Shown in pieces: positions 44,394-62,223 of a stretch of DNA of 64,000 nt; position 1 is the first letter of the stretch, and each line of letters begins with the position of its first letter. The translations under genes and the position numbers were made by a program. Origin of the DNA: Novakomyces olei. Lineage: Eukaryota. The stretch lies in contig JADEYG010000007.1 in NCBI GenBank assembly GCA_016906335.1, forward strand, positions 124,001 to 188,000, given 5' to 3'. The notes beneath the pieces were generated by a model that worked only from the letters and a program-made list of their open reading frames with translations, had not been told where the DNA came from and made no database searches.

Positions 44394-45083
44394 GAATCTA
44401 AAATCTACAGGAATAATTATTTTGATTATTTTGATTATTTTGATTAATTTTATTCTTTATTACTCGTATTAATCTTATTGACCTCTAGATTTACTCAGGT
44501 TGGATAACCGCGCTGACTTACTGGAAAACAAGTAACACTAGCCTGCTATTCCCAAATCAATGCGAATAGATTCGCGCAGAGTTTCTAGTGGCAATAATAC
44601 TTGATTTTATTTCTTCCACCGTTTTTATACTCTCTGCGTATTCGGGAATAAAAAATACGCCTTGATTTTGTAGGCTACAAAGTAAATATAATATGTGCAG
44701 GCAAGCAAGCGTACATATTTTTGTTCTAAAAGAAAAACAGCACTGGATCGGTTTCAAGGTTAAAGCGTAGACGTGTCCTCGCAAGCGTTTTGGACGACCG
44801 CCTATCGAAATTTGTTTGAAAGCTTCTGGCTTAGCGTTGCGATTTAGGGCCTGACATAGCTTGTTCTTACTGTCTCGCAGCCTTTTTGTTATTAAACTTT
44901 TCTCTCTTCGCTCTCCTTTTTTTGTCTTGTGCCGAATAAGAGTACGCGACACTATTGACGGATCTTTCTCTCGTCAGATACTGATAACTTGACCGGAGTT
45001 TGCATCAGCCAGAACTTGAGGATTACTGCTTTTGAAGACGAGCTTTTCTCCTGATAAATCACGACCCAAGTTCACCAGTTTCT

Positions 45084-46963
45084 ATGGAGGCAGCTTCTCG
45101 ATTCGTGCCGGAGCACCGTCGGCAGCAGTATAAGAACAAAGGTGTCTTCAAGCAAGATGAACTGCGCCGCCGCCGTGAAGAACAGCAAATTGAAATTCGG
45201 AAACAAAAGCGGGAAGACAATTTGGCTAAACGCCGTAACCTAAATATACCCGCGAACGTGTCTAATGTACCCATCGAGCCATTGGCGGATAATGAAGGCG
45301 AAGAGCTTGATAGTATTGAGCAGCAGGTAGGACTTTTATCTAATGTCTATTTTATCAATTTCTAACCAAATAGCTGGCCAAGGAATTGCCAGAAATGATA
45401 GAAGGCGTTTTCTCCAACAACGTGGACCAGCAAATTCAGGCAACTACACGTTTCCGCAAGCTGCTATCAAAAGAAAGAAATCCTCCCATCGATCGGGTCA
45501 TCGAGTGCGGCGTTGTTCCACGTTTTGTTGAATTTTTGAAAAGCAGTACCAGCATGCTTCAGGTATATTAAACCAAGAGTTATTATAATATTTTTATTGT
45601 CGTTTCTATCCCACTATTTTTTCTTTTTTCGCTTTTGCATATGCGGTACATTTTTATTCATAATTATTTCCATATAGCAGATTCTATTTGTGCCTCGTTG
45701 GCATATTAAACTTTGATTTTTTCTGTTCTAACGGTCCAGTTTGAGGCAGCATGGGCCTTGACCAACATCGCTTCCGGATCGGCCAACCAGACTCGTGTCG
45801 TGTTGCAGGCCGGTGCAGTACCCATCTTTGTGGAACTCTTGTCTGCCAGCGAGCAGGATGTCCGTGAGCAGGCAGTTTGGGCGTTGGGAAACATTGCTGG
45901 CGACTCGCCAGAGTGCCGAAATTTCGTGCTTGAATGCGGAGCTCTCCAGCCTTTACTGCATCTGCTCAGCGAGTCTCGTAAGATGAGTATGCTTCGCAAC
46001 GCAACCTGGACACTTTCCAATTTCTGTCGTGGCAAAAACCCTGCTCCAAACTGGGATGCTATTAGTCCTGCTCTCCCCGTATTGGCAAAGCTCGTGTTTT
46101 CCGTTGACGACGAAGTCCTTATCGATGCCTGCTGGGCTATCAGCTACTTGTCTGATGGACCAAACGAAAAGATTCAGGCTGTCATTGAAGCAGGTCTGCC
46201 TCGCCGACTGGTTGAGCTACTGCTCCACCAAAACACGGCCGTCCAGACGCCTGCCCTGCGGAGCGTTGGCAATATTGTAACTGGTGATGATGTACAGACG
46301 CAGGTAATGGTAAATTGTGGGGCCCCACAGGCTTTATTGGCTCTTTTAAACTCGTCTAAAGACGCGATTCGCAAGGAGGCCTGCTGGACAATTTCCAATA
46401 TTACCGCGGGTAATACGGCACAGATTCAAGCTGTAATCAATGCCAATTTAGTACCCTCTCTTATCCACCTGCTGCAAAATGGCGATTTCAAAACGAAGAA
46501 GGAGGCCTGCTGGGCCCTGAGCAATGCAACCTCTGGTGGCCTTTCTAAACCAGACCAGATCCGTTATTTTGTGAGCCAGGGTGTGATCAAGCCGTTGTGT
46601 GATCTTTTGACGTGTCTCGACAACAAGATTATCCAAGTTGCTCTTGATGGCTTGGAGAACATATTGAAAGTGGGAGAGATGGACAAGAACGCGAACGGCA
46701 CTGGGATCAATCAATATGCGCTCTTTATTGAGGAAGCTGGTGGAATGGAAAAGATTCACAACTGCCAAATTAACGAAAACAAGGATATTTATGCCAAGTC
46801 GTTTAGTATCATCGAGAAATATTTCAGTGAGGAGGACGATGAAGTCACCGGCCTCGAGCCACAACAGGCAGAGGGAGGTGCCACATTTAGCTTTGGTGGA
46901 TCTCAGCCATCTGGTCAGGGAGGGTTCAACTTTGAAGGCGCTCAGGACGAAATGGCAATGTAG
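45084..46963 (+). CDS. SRP1: Importin alpha (karyopherin alpha); introns ~45327-45373 and 45564-45739
   Basis: IBB domain [24 protein letters not shown] repeats such as [13 protein letters not shown]. Confidence 0.95.
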
Positions 46964-47545
46964 ATTGAGGTTACCTTTTCACGAAAATTCGCTATAAAAG
47001 AAGGGACAGTGCCGATTCCGGTTTCGAGTCAATGGCGTTTCCAGTACTGTAACAAGCTCCGCTCGGTAATGGCCGAGGGAGTACAGGCAGATTCGTGCAA
47101 GGACTAACACTGTTCTCGCAACGTTCATGGAGTGTCGAGAAAACTATCCCCTTGTTTGAAGTTAAATACTATTCACCTTTTACATTTCACTCCGTATTGC
47201 TTCTACTCTCGTATTATTTCATTCCCTTATTATTTCAACCCTTTTTTTCCTTAATATTATTTTTTATAACTACATTTTTTTCTTTTTATTGATTATTGCG
47301 AGAATCCCATTGTTATTGTTCTATTTTCATTTCTAAACATGCTCATTCCCTTTCTTGCCTGCATTAGGTCCGAAGCTTTGATTCTCGTATTCATTGTTCA
47401 TTTTGCCTCCATATTTATATACACCTTTGTTTCATTTGAAATATAGGAATACAACGAATATGATTCAACTAGTATATCATCACCGAATAAATGTATGCTC
47501 AAAAGCACGTCAAACTCGCTTCCCTGCTGAAAGCATCACCAACAC

Positions 47546-51471
<3,926 letters not shown>

Positions 51472-52143
51472 ATCCTTACAAAGGCCAATGGCAACGGATC
51501 ACGTCATCCAAGTCTTGCCGAGTTGTCCACATTGCAGCGGCCGCTAATGGCTGGTGAGAGCTGCCATCATTGCATCATATTCATACTACTATATAAACCG
51601 AATTTAATCTACGCGATGGATATACAGAGGCGGACAGCCACTATGAGCAAAAGGCAGAGAAAGGAAATTGACAAGAGTAAGAAAGTCTTTACTATTTGTG
51701 TGTTTGTGCACGTTTTGACGCGATTGAGAAAGCAATTCGAAACTCGGCAGACGGATAACTCTTCAGGATGGAGCACGAAATGTGGCATTATATGGGACAT
51801 ATGATAATTACTGTAAATAGTAGACATATATAATGTTATAGTAGAACCCAAACTTAGACCAGGTTTAGGGTTCGTTAGGGTTAGTTTGGTAAACCGGGAG
51901 CTGGAGTAAGAATATACATATATAGCCTACATAGCCTACAAAAATAATCAATCCGACTTAACATATAATACTGTAGATTTATATAAAACTGTAGATATAT
52001 ATAATACTGTAGATATATATAACACTGTAATGTAATGTAATCCTGTAAATGTAATATAATTCTGCAAATAAAATGAATAAAAGTTCGATTCTTCGTACTT
52101 TGTGAGGTTGGACAGATAAAATATTGTCAAACAGCCCAACGCA

Positions 52144-52839
52144 ATGAAGTCCTTGAGCTCGGCGCTAAGAGCGCTGAACGCCCCGGGTCAAATCCGCAGC
52201 AAGTCTACGCTGGCAAACACCGGGTACAGCAAAGCACCGCTCGATGTCAGACTCGAACGGTTGGAAAAGCGGCTGCCAAAGTTATTGGAAGCGTACAATG
52301 TGGAGCAGGAGACGGGTGCCGGAACGCTAAACAAGCCGTCCAAGCATATAATTGAACCCTTCCGGTTACCGGACAGAGAGAAGAAGTTTGCCGATCCTCA
52401 TTATATGCATATGACGGATATTATCCCGACTTCGACCAAAAAATTAGGCATGCTGGCCCGGCAGATCGCTCACAAGCCCGTAACGCATGCAATCCTGCAA
52501 ATGAACTTTAGTATAAAAAGGCACGCGAAACCAATTATATCGGCTTTAGCAAAAGCAAAAAAAGTAGCAATAAAGCAGTATGGATTAGACCCGGAAAGTT
52601 TATTCGTTGACGAGGCGTGGGTTGTTCGGCGGCGGCCTGATAAGGCACTTAATATTATGGGTCGCTCAAGGTCTTCGATCATGCGCCATCGACGCTCGTC
52701 TCTTTTCATGCTAATCAAGGACAAGGATACAATTATTAGAAGAGAGATGGAGAGCGAAAGAAAATTGGCAAAACAAAAGCCTTGGGTGCAGCTTCCAAAC
52801 AGGCCTATCTATGACAAGAGGAATGTTTTTACCTGCTAA
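52144..52839 (+). CDS. MRPL22: Mitochondrial ribosomal protein uL22m
   Basis: STKKLGMLARQIA, AILQMNFS.K, LFVDEAWV and MGRSR motifs; C-terminal WVQLPNRPI. Confidence 0.8.
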   Translation: MKSLSSALRALNAPGQIRSKSTLANTGYSKAPLDVRLERLEKRLPKLLEAYNVEQETGAGTLNKPSKHIIEPFRLPDREKKFADPHYMHMTDIIPTSTKKLGMLARQIAHKPVTHAILQMNFSIKRHAKPIISALAKAKKVAIKQYGLDPESLFVDEAWVVRRRPDKALNIMGRSRSSIMRHRRSSLFMLIKDKDTIIRREMESERKLAKQKPWVQLPNRPIYDKRNVFTC

Positions 52840-53009
52840 AGAGAATGGCATTAATTACAGTCAATCAAAAACATGATACAGATTAGTACAGTAAAGTTTG
52901 GTGCGGTGAAAAACTACTACTCGAATACCAATATAGTGTATCCCCCCTCAAGTGTATAATACAAGCGTGCATGAAAATGTACAAACGAATAACGACTAGA
53001 AATTTTGCT

Positions 53010-55706
53010 CTAGTTCATGCCAAACCCCACGGATGATAACATTTCCTGTGGGAAATAAGTGTTGTTGATGTAGTTCCCAAACTGCTCTTGTGCAATCAGC
53101 TGTAATGACTCAAGCAGAGACTGAAACTCGGGCGAATCTGAGTCCGGAGTCAAGTCTTGGATTTCGCTTTGCGGTGTGCTTGAAGCATTGACCAGCGAAG
53201 GCGTTTTTATATTTGGTGTACCGGCACTAGCATCACTCAAAGAAATCACTGCGTCCCTAGCCCGCTGTGTAAAAAACTCCAATTTCCCTAAAAAGCCCTT
53301 TTGGGCAGCCGACGACTTTTCCCCGTTGAATGTTAGAGTTTTTTCGACTAGGGCCTCAACAATCTTTCTAGCCTCTTCTCTTAGAGTCGTATTTTCCGTT
53401 CCAAACAGCCATAATTTAGCCTTTGGATGGTTAACCGTGACTTTGATCACAAGCGCCCGTGAAAATGCGATTCGAACAAGGATTTTAATGCAAAAAATCA
53501 CAATAGCAAAGACAACTCCACAACTGTGCTTCAGATCGGGATTGTGTACTCCACCATGAAATACATTGGGGTTCATTAAAGCCATGGTCTCGTGTACAGC
53601 GACAAAAGCTGTCTGTAGATATTTCAATATATACTGCGAATGCTCGTCCGGAAAGTCAGGCAGAACCTTTTCCGGATCATCTGCATTGTTGGACATGGCA
53701 AGAGCCCAATCGTAATTAGAATGAAAATCAAGACATGCCGCGGCACCTTTAACTCCCCCGTCTTCTCGCGAAAACGGAGTGTTATAAGAAGCATTTGGCC
53801 CTGAAGATTCGTTTACGGGATAGCTTTGCATAGGCAGTATTTTCGTATAATCATAAATAGCTCCTTCATACACAAGACAACAACATAAATGGTAGAGCGG
53901 TTTGAGCGTAGGGCTGACTTGGTACCCGTTGACATTGAAATTGTTCCATTCTAACAAGGGCAAAGGTTAGATACACAGGTAACAAAAAGGTAGAAAAATT
54001 AAAGGCGAAACGAAAAGAGCAAAAAATTCATTTGACCCACCTTCAAGTTTCAGTTCAAACTTTTTAACTAGATCAGACATGTAAGGGTACCGTCCACGAA
54101 TTTTGCTCATTTGCGCCTCGAACTGCATGTCTTCAACAATACTCAGCCCGATACGAGCAAGTTTGGTATAGCAAACAGTCACGAAATCGACGTAGAGCGA
54201 CGATTGGGAGAGAAGTCGATTACAAGCATTATCCATCATGGGTGACCATTTGAGATGAACTTGCTTCCTCGCGATAATATTAACCCTGCACATTTTAGAA
54301 ACGATCAGAATTAAATGAGTACATAAAAGAAAATAAATAAAAAATAGCAAAATACAAGATAAAAGCAATCATTATCCTTACATCGAATATAGGGAGAATA
54401 TTCCAAGCCAGGCCCGATCTTGGTCAATGGTAGACTGTTGCGCAATCACATGCTTTGGGCCCAAATTCGGAAACACATAGCTCGTTTCATCACAGTCGAG
54501 GTGCAGCGCAATCGCAATACTATGCGCATTCCCAATGAACTCTGTCGCCCTTACGGACCGGGGACCGTGTGGGATTTCATGCCAAAACGTTAAAATAAGA
54601 TAAACTTGTACAAGCTCAATTGAACGCCTAACTTCGATGAAAGAAACCTGAGCCAGTACTTGGATAATATCCTTGTAAAGCTTTGAGGAAAATTGTTCAT
54701 GTGTATTATCAAGCTGCTCTGTCTGGACGTGTGTCTGCGACCCAGCCAGGCAAAAGGCCTCGAGCAAAATAGGCTTAGTCGCCCGCAGCATGTCAAAATC
54801 TTGTTTTTGTGCGGGCACGAATGGCAGCCAAATATTTTGGCCATCAACGTACCACTCAAACAGCCGCCTTGCTACGTACAGAGAAACAACGTCCCGGGCG
54901 ATAAAGTCATGCCGAACTGTCTCCGCCAGTCCTGAACCGTCAGCGTGTCCCTGCCCATTAGCTAGACCGGCGGCAGTAGCGGTCTGTGCCAGCACGCCTA
55001 ATGACGATATCGCAGATGGCCCGGAGACTACCGGGTTCGCTGATACAGGAGGTAGTACAGGCTTCATTGTAAAGTTGTCCTTTTGCAAGAAAGACGGATT
55101 ATCCCTTTGCCCCAAATGCTCCCTTGCGGCGGCCGGAAAAGGCTTGAACGATGAATTTTGTTTAAAGGACGGCTGGGTGTTTGCAAATGGAAGCTCCTGC
55201 TTCAAAGCTTCTTGCTTTAAAGCCTCTTGCTTCAAAGCCTCTTGCTTCAAAGCCTCTTGAGCACTATCGGCGGCAAACAGCTTGGAGCTCATACTATCAA
55301 TCTTGCTACTCATAGCCAACAGCGACCGTTCAAGCATGGCAATTCTATCGTCACTGTTAGAATTCACTGACGGTCTTGATGCACTGTCGCTGTCGCTTCC
55401 ACGAGCCCCGCCACTCTCGTTCTCGCGTCTCGTGCGCTTTGGAGCCCTTTCACGGAAAACACACTCGATGCCTTTGTTGGCACATCGCCGACACGGAGCC
55501 TCTTCGTTGTCGACACATCGGACCTTCATCATTCGACACGCGACGCATGCATTCATACGTGATCGTACATTCCCAGAGGCATTCGCTGGCGGAGTCGATG
55601 TCTGATCCGCTTTATAATCTTCGCCCTTGTACTCATCGCTCTTGGTCTTGTGGGCTTCTGTCGCGCCAGTCTGAGAAACAGCACTGTGCGCGTTTTGCTG
55701 AAACAT
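53010..55706 (-). CDS. Zn2Cys6 transcription factor, three exons, with an internal (QEALK)4 repeat
   Basis: ACVACRMMKVRC...PCRRCANKGIEC; middle homology region. Confidence 0.85.
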
Positions 55707-55939
55707 GGCAGTGTACTACCGCGCCCTGTCAAATCAAATCCAACTCACAAAAAGTAGGTTAGCAACCGTCTCTGCGCCTCGGAGTTTCGGCGTTAATTGT
55801 CCGGCCGGTAATACCGATATTTCGAGCACGAAAACACCCTGACTAAACACAGTTGCATTACTTGCTGGTAGATCGAGACAGTATGCGGTTTAGCAGTATT
55901 CTTTTACTTATACATTTACGCCCCTGTTGAAAAATAATA

Positions 55940-56135
55940 TAAAGTAAAATAGTATGGTGGTATAGTGAAATAGTGTAGTATAGCATATTGAAATAATGTA
56001 GTATAGCATAGTAAAATAGTATACTTTAGTTAAATAGTATACTATAGTAAAATAGTATAGGAAAATAGTATAGTAAAATAGTACAGTATACTATGGTAAA
56101 ATAGGATACTATGGTAAAATACTATAGCATAGTAA
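55940..56135. repeat. Degenerate minisatellite (TAGTAAAATAGTA-like units) in a divergent intergenic region
   Basis: Repeated gtaaaatagtat/atagcatag motifs. Confidence 0.65.
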
Positions 56136-56282
56136 AACTGTAACGTTTACATCTTCCAAGTAAACCCCGACAGACTTTTGAGGCCGCTTCATGATAGACG
56201 CGGCCGATCGCTCGCATTGAACGGGCACTGCGGGTGTCCGCGAGCGCGCAGACGAGTCTTTTACTGACAGATTCTTTCTGAA

Positions 56283-57521
56283 ATGCAGCAAAATAATACA
56301 GGAAAACATATGCATGTCTCAGTGCCTCCTCATGGGCACCATGCGTTGAGCAAGGCGGGTACAAGAACGGCCGCTACGGCACAAGGATCGATACCTTACT
56401 CTCATTGGCAAACGAGCGGAGATGCGGCAGCCAGATCAAATTTTGTGGGCGGCGCCGGCAGTTATGGCAGTGGAGTCGCACCGAGTGCGGCCACAGCACC
56501 AACTAATTCTCGTATACGTGAAGTATGGGCTTATAACTTGGAAGCAGAAATGGCAGTACTGCGGGATGTTGTAGAGCATTTCCCATACATTGCGATGGAC
56601 ACGGAATTCCCAGGCATTGTTGTGCGACCGATCGGCAAGTTCAAGTCCACAAACGATTACCACTACCAAACATTGCGGGCAAATGTTGACACTTTGAAAT
56701 TGATCCAGTTAGGGTTAACTTTTTCCGACGAAAACGGGCAGCTGCCAGCCAAAGTATCGACTTGGCAATTCAATTTCCAGTTCAGTCTTGATGACGATAT
56801 GTATGCACAGGACAGTATTGACCTGCTCGCGAACTCTGGTATCGATTTTGCTCGATTTAGCGAGTATGGGATCAATGTACAAACATTTGCAGAGCTTTTA
56901 ATATCCTCTGGGTTCGTGCTAAGCGATGAAGTTCGGTGGATTTCGTTTCACTCGTAAGTTCCTCACTGCCTTGTGGCTTGTCTTGCTAATAATCTAGGGG
57001 CTACGATTTTGGGTACTTGCTCAAAGTGATGACGTGCCTGCCATTGCCACCAGAGGAAACAGAATTTTTCGAGCTGCTGCACATATTTTTCCCTACTACA
57101 TACGATATAAAATATATCATGAAGAAAGGTGGAGTTGGCGCTATCAAGGGCCTTCAAGATACCGCTGACGATCTTAATGTTGCTCGCATCGGACAGCAGC
57201 ACCAAGCTGGATCTGATTCGCTGTTGACGCTACAAACATTTTTCGAAATGCGGCAGCGATTTTTCGATGGGCAGCTTGATCAAAAGTATAGGTGGGTTCT
57301 TGGAGAATGCTGATATTTGTACTGACTCGTGATTTAGTGGATACCTGTATGGCCTTGGAACCAGCAACTTTTCCAACCCGATAACCGTTGGTGCTGGTTT
57401 AAGTTCATCCGGAACAAATCCTAAAGCTGCCGCTTTCCACTCGCCAACATATGGTCAGTATGTGACACCTATAAATACAGCCGCGCGGTTCCAATACGGG
57501 AAAATGAGCGGCATGTCATGA
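56283..57521 (+). CDS. CAF1: CCR4-NOT deadenylase subunit Caf1/Pop2; introns 56954-56997 and 57292-57337
   Basis: MDTEFPG, LIQLGLT, WISFHS|GYDFGYL and HQAGSDSL motifs. Confidence 0.95.
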
Positions 57522-57629
57522 CTAGTTATGAATGATGGGTTTGCTTTAGAGAGCATGGTTCATATCTCTGCGTAGAAAATTTGGAATAAATTCGGAAGTT
57601 GCAATTTATGGGAGTAGCAATGAACGTAT

Positions 57630-57894
<265 letters not shown>

Positions 57895-58048
57895 CATACA
57901 TCCCTGTTCGTCGCATTCCTTTAAAACCAAGCGCTGCTTGCTTACTTGTAATCATCCCCTCTTCGTCAAGTAAAAACCTGGGGCAGAGATAGGGCCTGGA
58001 TGTGTATAGAACGGCACCTAAACCTCACTCCAACTGCCGCGAAATGTA

Positions 58049-60236
58049 ATGGCCGACTACGTTTCTCTGCTGGGCGCAGAGAACGATGCCGACAAAAGCT
58101 GGCGAAAGTATGATGATTATATTGGCGCAAGGGTATTCTACTCGGGCTTTGTTGCCCAGATGAGATCCAAGATACTCGCGAATCCAAGGGGTGAGAAAAT
58201 ACATATCAATGCCAATTGGGCTTATCAAAACAGTCGTTTCTGAGATTAACAAGGATGCGGAGGGGGCCAAAAAACGACGGGGACAAGTAAACCGGATTCT
58301 TGATGGAATGATGGCTCGAATGGAATCTAAACGGTACCTTCGATTTGCCGCTTGGCTGGTAGATAATATATTTGCCCGGGTTTATGAGCAGGCATGTGAT
58401 TGAATTGGTGACCACGTTTTCTTACAGCTTTTTTAGGGAGTCGTCATGCCTCGAGTTGATATGGAACGTCTACTGCAATTGGCCAAACAAGCCCAGGAAC
58501 AGAGAGTGTCACTCGTGTTTTTGCCGAGCCACAAGTCTCATGCGGATTATGTCACGTTACATTTAGTGCTTTTGCGACTGGGCATTTCGCTGCCTGCTGT
58601 AATTGCGGGAGAAAACCTTAATTTTGCTGTTATTGGGTCATTTTTGACGAGCATGGGAGCATTCTTTATTCGAAGAGAATTCAACACACCCGACTCGGCG
58701 CTGTATCGAGCAGTTTGCGCGTCTTATATTGAAGAGCTGCTTTGCAGCGGTTTAAATATAGAATGGTTTATTGAAGGCCAGCGATCCCGGTCAGGGAAGC
58801 TTAATACCCCCAAACTCGGAATTTTGAAGATGCTGCTGGATATTCTGGAGAACAATAGTAATATCAAAGATGCTTGGCTGGTACCCGTATCATTAGGCTA
58901 TGATAATGTACTGGAAGCCAAGACTTATGTAGAAGAACTGAGCGGCCGGGAAAAACGACCAGAGACTTTTGCTTCTATGCTTCGGAGTGCGGGAAAAATG
59001 AACCTTCACATGGGCTCTATATCGATGCGGTTCTCGAACTGTATATCTGTTCGTAAATACGTGGCACAAGCGCAGGGTAAAGACTGTTTGCAAAGCCTTG
59101 CTTACCGTGTAAGATTTGATTGTATTTTCATCATGTGCTAGAGTTGACTTTTCTGTCGTCTAACCAGGTAGATTCTCGCAGACATAAACGATGCTGCCGT
59201 CATTCTGCCGTCTGCCCTGGTAGGCACGGTAATTCTGACCGCACGGGGCCGAGGAATCGATTGGCAGACGCTTGTTGACCGTGTTCGTGAACTGGCTCTT
59301 GATATAAGGAGAAGGGGCTACCTTATCGCCGATGTCACCTACAAGGACCCAGAGCTTGTCATTAAGAAAGTACTGCCAACAATGAGGCAGATTGTTTCGG
59401 AAAAGGACGAGTATCTCGTGCCCATACTCGTTCCGGAAGACCGTTTCCGCCTGAGCCTTGGTCGTAATCAAATTGCACATATATACTTGCCCGAATCCTT
59501 GACCTGTGCAGCCGTGTATGGTGGAGCTTCCCGGCAAATTACGCTAGAGTTTGTATACAATCAGACCCGTTTCCTCTCCAAAATCCTTCAGCAAGAGTTT
59601 ATATATCCAAGCGATCGGCTTGATGCCAATTTGCAGGCGGCTCTCTTACAACTGCAAAAAGACCATGTGCTTACTGTGCAAAAGGGCACAGTGTCTGTGA
59701 GCGATATGGAGCTGTCGAGAGGCAGCTATTTGTTTTATTTTTACTCGTCCCTTATATGGCCCTTTTTAGACGCGTTTTACCTGGCTTGTATTTCGCTGCT
59801 CATGCTACTACCCCTCCCGGGAGTCTATGAGCACCGGTCATTCGTGCCCCTGCGTCGGTACATCAAGACTCTGCAGAAAATGGGAATGTCCTTGTTTTAT
59901 TCGGGAGAGCTAAACTACGTAGAAAGCATCAACGTCGAAAGTGCGTCAAACGCGATTGAATGGTTACTGCGAAACGGGATTTTGCAACTCGCCAAAGGTG
60001 ATTCTAGAAAGGATTATGCGATCCGTTTACCTCTAGAGTTGTATGTGGCTCTGGAGGAAAAGCCTCCAAACGAAAAGCCTCAAACAGAAAAGAGCCTTAT
60101 TCTGCAATTGATCGACGGAATCAATGTATCCCGTCTTCGACCTTCTGCTTTGAATCCAAAGCAATCCTTTTCCCCTCGTGTTTGTGATATTGTGAAAAAA
60201 GCAGCATTAGATCTGCATATACATAATAAATTGTAG
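58049..60236 (+). CDS. GPAT/DHAPAT (PlsB-like) acyltransferase; introns 58191-58233, 58392-58436 (GC-AG) and ~59108-59170
   Basis: FLPSHKSHADY (HxxxxD), IAGENL, GAFFIRR and FIEGQRSRSGKL motifs. Confidence 0.88.
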
Positions 60237-60402
60237 CATTTGTCATGCACTCTGCACCCCTATAAACAAGCCATTTCGTACCACTCATGCAAAGGCAGTT
60301 TTAAGCCTAGACCAGGCAGTTTAAATGCCTAGACCAGGCAGTTTTAAAGCCTGGACTACCAGCGAAGCTCCATACAAATTTACAATATTGATCCAGATCC
60401 AT

Positions 60403-62202
60403 CTAATCCAGAGCGCCGTGTCCCCGTTTCATAGACCCACGGTTCTTGTCGTTGGATTTTGTAAAAACAGGATCCTGTTCAGCAACAGCGGCGTACTTCA
60501 AAAGGGCCTCACGTGGATCTTCGTACCTGTACTCATTCCCCTGACGGTGTTTGGCCTCCTCCAGAGCCCGCACGTGCCGGGCGCTATTGACAACTGGTCC
60601 ACGGTACTCTGGCATATGCGCAGCCTGTGGATCAGGTCGCCGTCGACGGCGACCAGTCTCCTCATCGTCAGCAGACCCGTCCATGCCGGACGCGTTGAGG
60701 GCTACATCCGTAGTCAAATGATCCAGATCGTCCACGTGCCTCACCCGCCGGGCCTTTGTGACAGTCTCCAGAGCGCCTTTGAGGGAAGAGTGCTCAGAGA
60801 AAAGGCAAGTAATGCCTCCGTCCGAGCAGCCGACCAGGATTTGATTAATGCGAGAGTGCCAGACAATGCTTACAGCTGCGCCTGTGCCCACACGCAGCTG
60901 CCTCTCAAGCTGCAGACTGTGAGCGTCAAAGAAGCAAACGTTATTATGGCCACTGCAGCCTGTAACTACGGATCGGCTGTCTGGCGAAACGACAACAGCC
61001 GTCTCTGCGTAATCGTTCTGCAGCCCGGTTACTTGCCCAACTGCCGTCTTGAGCTGCCGAGTGTCCCACAGCTTTAGCGTATCGTCTCCTCCTCTGGAGA
61101 AGAGCGAATGGCCGTCAATGGCAAAGGCAAGGGCAGAAGTGGCAGTGCCCGGCGCATGAGCGTCCGGCACTGTCGCCACCGGCCGACCAGAGTGGGCGCC
61201 CCACTGCCACAGGGAAATGGTTCCGTCAGCGGCAGCTGCTGCGATAGTACGGCTGCCGCTGCTGGCATTGGCCTCGGCCGGCGCCCAGGCGACTGCCGTT
61301 ACAGGCTGCCGAGTGGGCGAGTGCAAGTTGCGATGGACATACACGTCTGTCTGGCTGCGTGGACGCGTCGCGTCCCATACGCGTACTGTAGAATCGGCAC
61401 TCGCAGTCACGAAATGCCGCTCGTCACGTGGCCGCCAGCGGCCGCACGTGACTGCAGCGGTATGGCCTTTAGTAGTACGCAGATCGCGGATATAGGGATC
61501 GCCTTTAGCGAAACTGTACACCGTATTGCCGTCCCGATCACACACAATTGCCCTTGCTTCACGTAAAACCAGCAGCCGTGCAGTATTTGATGAATTTGCT
61601 GCATTTACTTTATCATTTACACTATCATTTACACTATCATTTGCTGCTGCTGTACTTGCCGCAGTGTTATAGTCGATACTGTGCACTGGATAATGGCCAA
61701 TATTGTCGCCCGTCTCCCTCGACGGGTCGAGCACAGTTCTGCTCGGCTTCGCTGCCACTGCGCTCATACTCGCAAAGTCCCACAGTTTAACGGTAAAATC
61801 ATACGATCCAGAGTACACCCGGCCGCCGTCCGTGTCGATCGCGAGCGCAGAAACGAGCTTTGTATGGTCGTTCATTGCCAGCGAGTGAGTAATAGGGAAC
61901 GCGTCTGTGTCTGATCCATCGCTAAAGGCACTCTCTCCAGAATCGCTGCCGATCGAGCTGACGGACGCGTCAATTTTACGTGGATTTTCAGGCTCAGCTG
62001 CAGTGCCGGTCGCCTCGCTCACAAACGGCTGAGGGCCGTACGTGTCTGTGTCTGACGACGACGACGACGACGATACTGAGGCTGAGCGTCGGTCGGCAGA
62101 CCGACGTGAGCGGTCCAACTGCTCCCGCACATTCGACTTGGCCGGAATTGGCTGCTTGCCGAAGCCTGACGGAAGGTACGCTCGCAACTGCTCTTCGTCC
62201 AT
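60403..62202 (-). CDS. WDR70: WDR70/GAD-1-like WD40 protein
   Basis: YLPSGFGK, SGSYDFTVKLWDFASM, KGDPYIRDLRTTKGHT, SRGGDDTLKLWD and EDPREALLKYA motifs. Confidence 0.85.
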   Translation of the reverse strand: MDEEQLRAYLPSGFGKQPIPAKSNVREQLDRSRRSADRRSASVSSSSSSSDTDTYGPQPFVSEATGTAAEPENPRKIDASVSSIGSDSGESAFSDGSDTDAFPITHSLAMNDHTKLVSALAIDTDGGRVYSGSYDFTVKLWDFASMSAVAAKPSRTVLDPSRETGDNIGHYPVHSIDYNTAASTAAANDSVNDSVNDKVNAANSSNTARLLVLREARAIVCDRDGNTVYSFAKGDPYIRDLRTTKGHTAAVTCGRWRPRDERHFVTASADSTVRVWDATRPRSQTDVYVHRNLHSPTRQPVTAVAWAPAEANASSGSRTIAAAAADGTISLWQWGAHSGRPVATVPDAHAPGTATSALAFAIDGHSLFSRGGDDTLKLWDTRQLKTAVGQVTGLQNDYAETAVVVSPDSRSVVTGCSGHNNVCFFDAHSLQLERQLRVGTGAAVSIVWHSRINQILVGCSDGGITCLFSEHSSLKGALETVTKARRVRHVDDLDHLTTDVALNASGMDGSADDEETGRRRRRPDPQAAHMPEYRGPVVNSARHVRALEEAKHRQGNEYRYEDPREALLKYAAVAEQDPVFTKSNDKNRGSMKRGHGALD

Positions 62203-62223
62203 GCCGTCAAACTGCAGTTGGCG

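Noticed and set aside
60292-60356. GCCTAGACCAGGCAGTTT(T)AA tandem repeat considered as CRISPR-like
   Set aside because: No unique spacers, and the context is eukaryotic; simple tandem duplication
60325-61077. 250-aa ORF antisense to the WDR70-like gene
   Set aside because: Shadow ORF of a GC-rich coding strand, starting within a ~21-bp tandem repeat; no motifs
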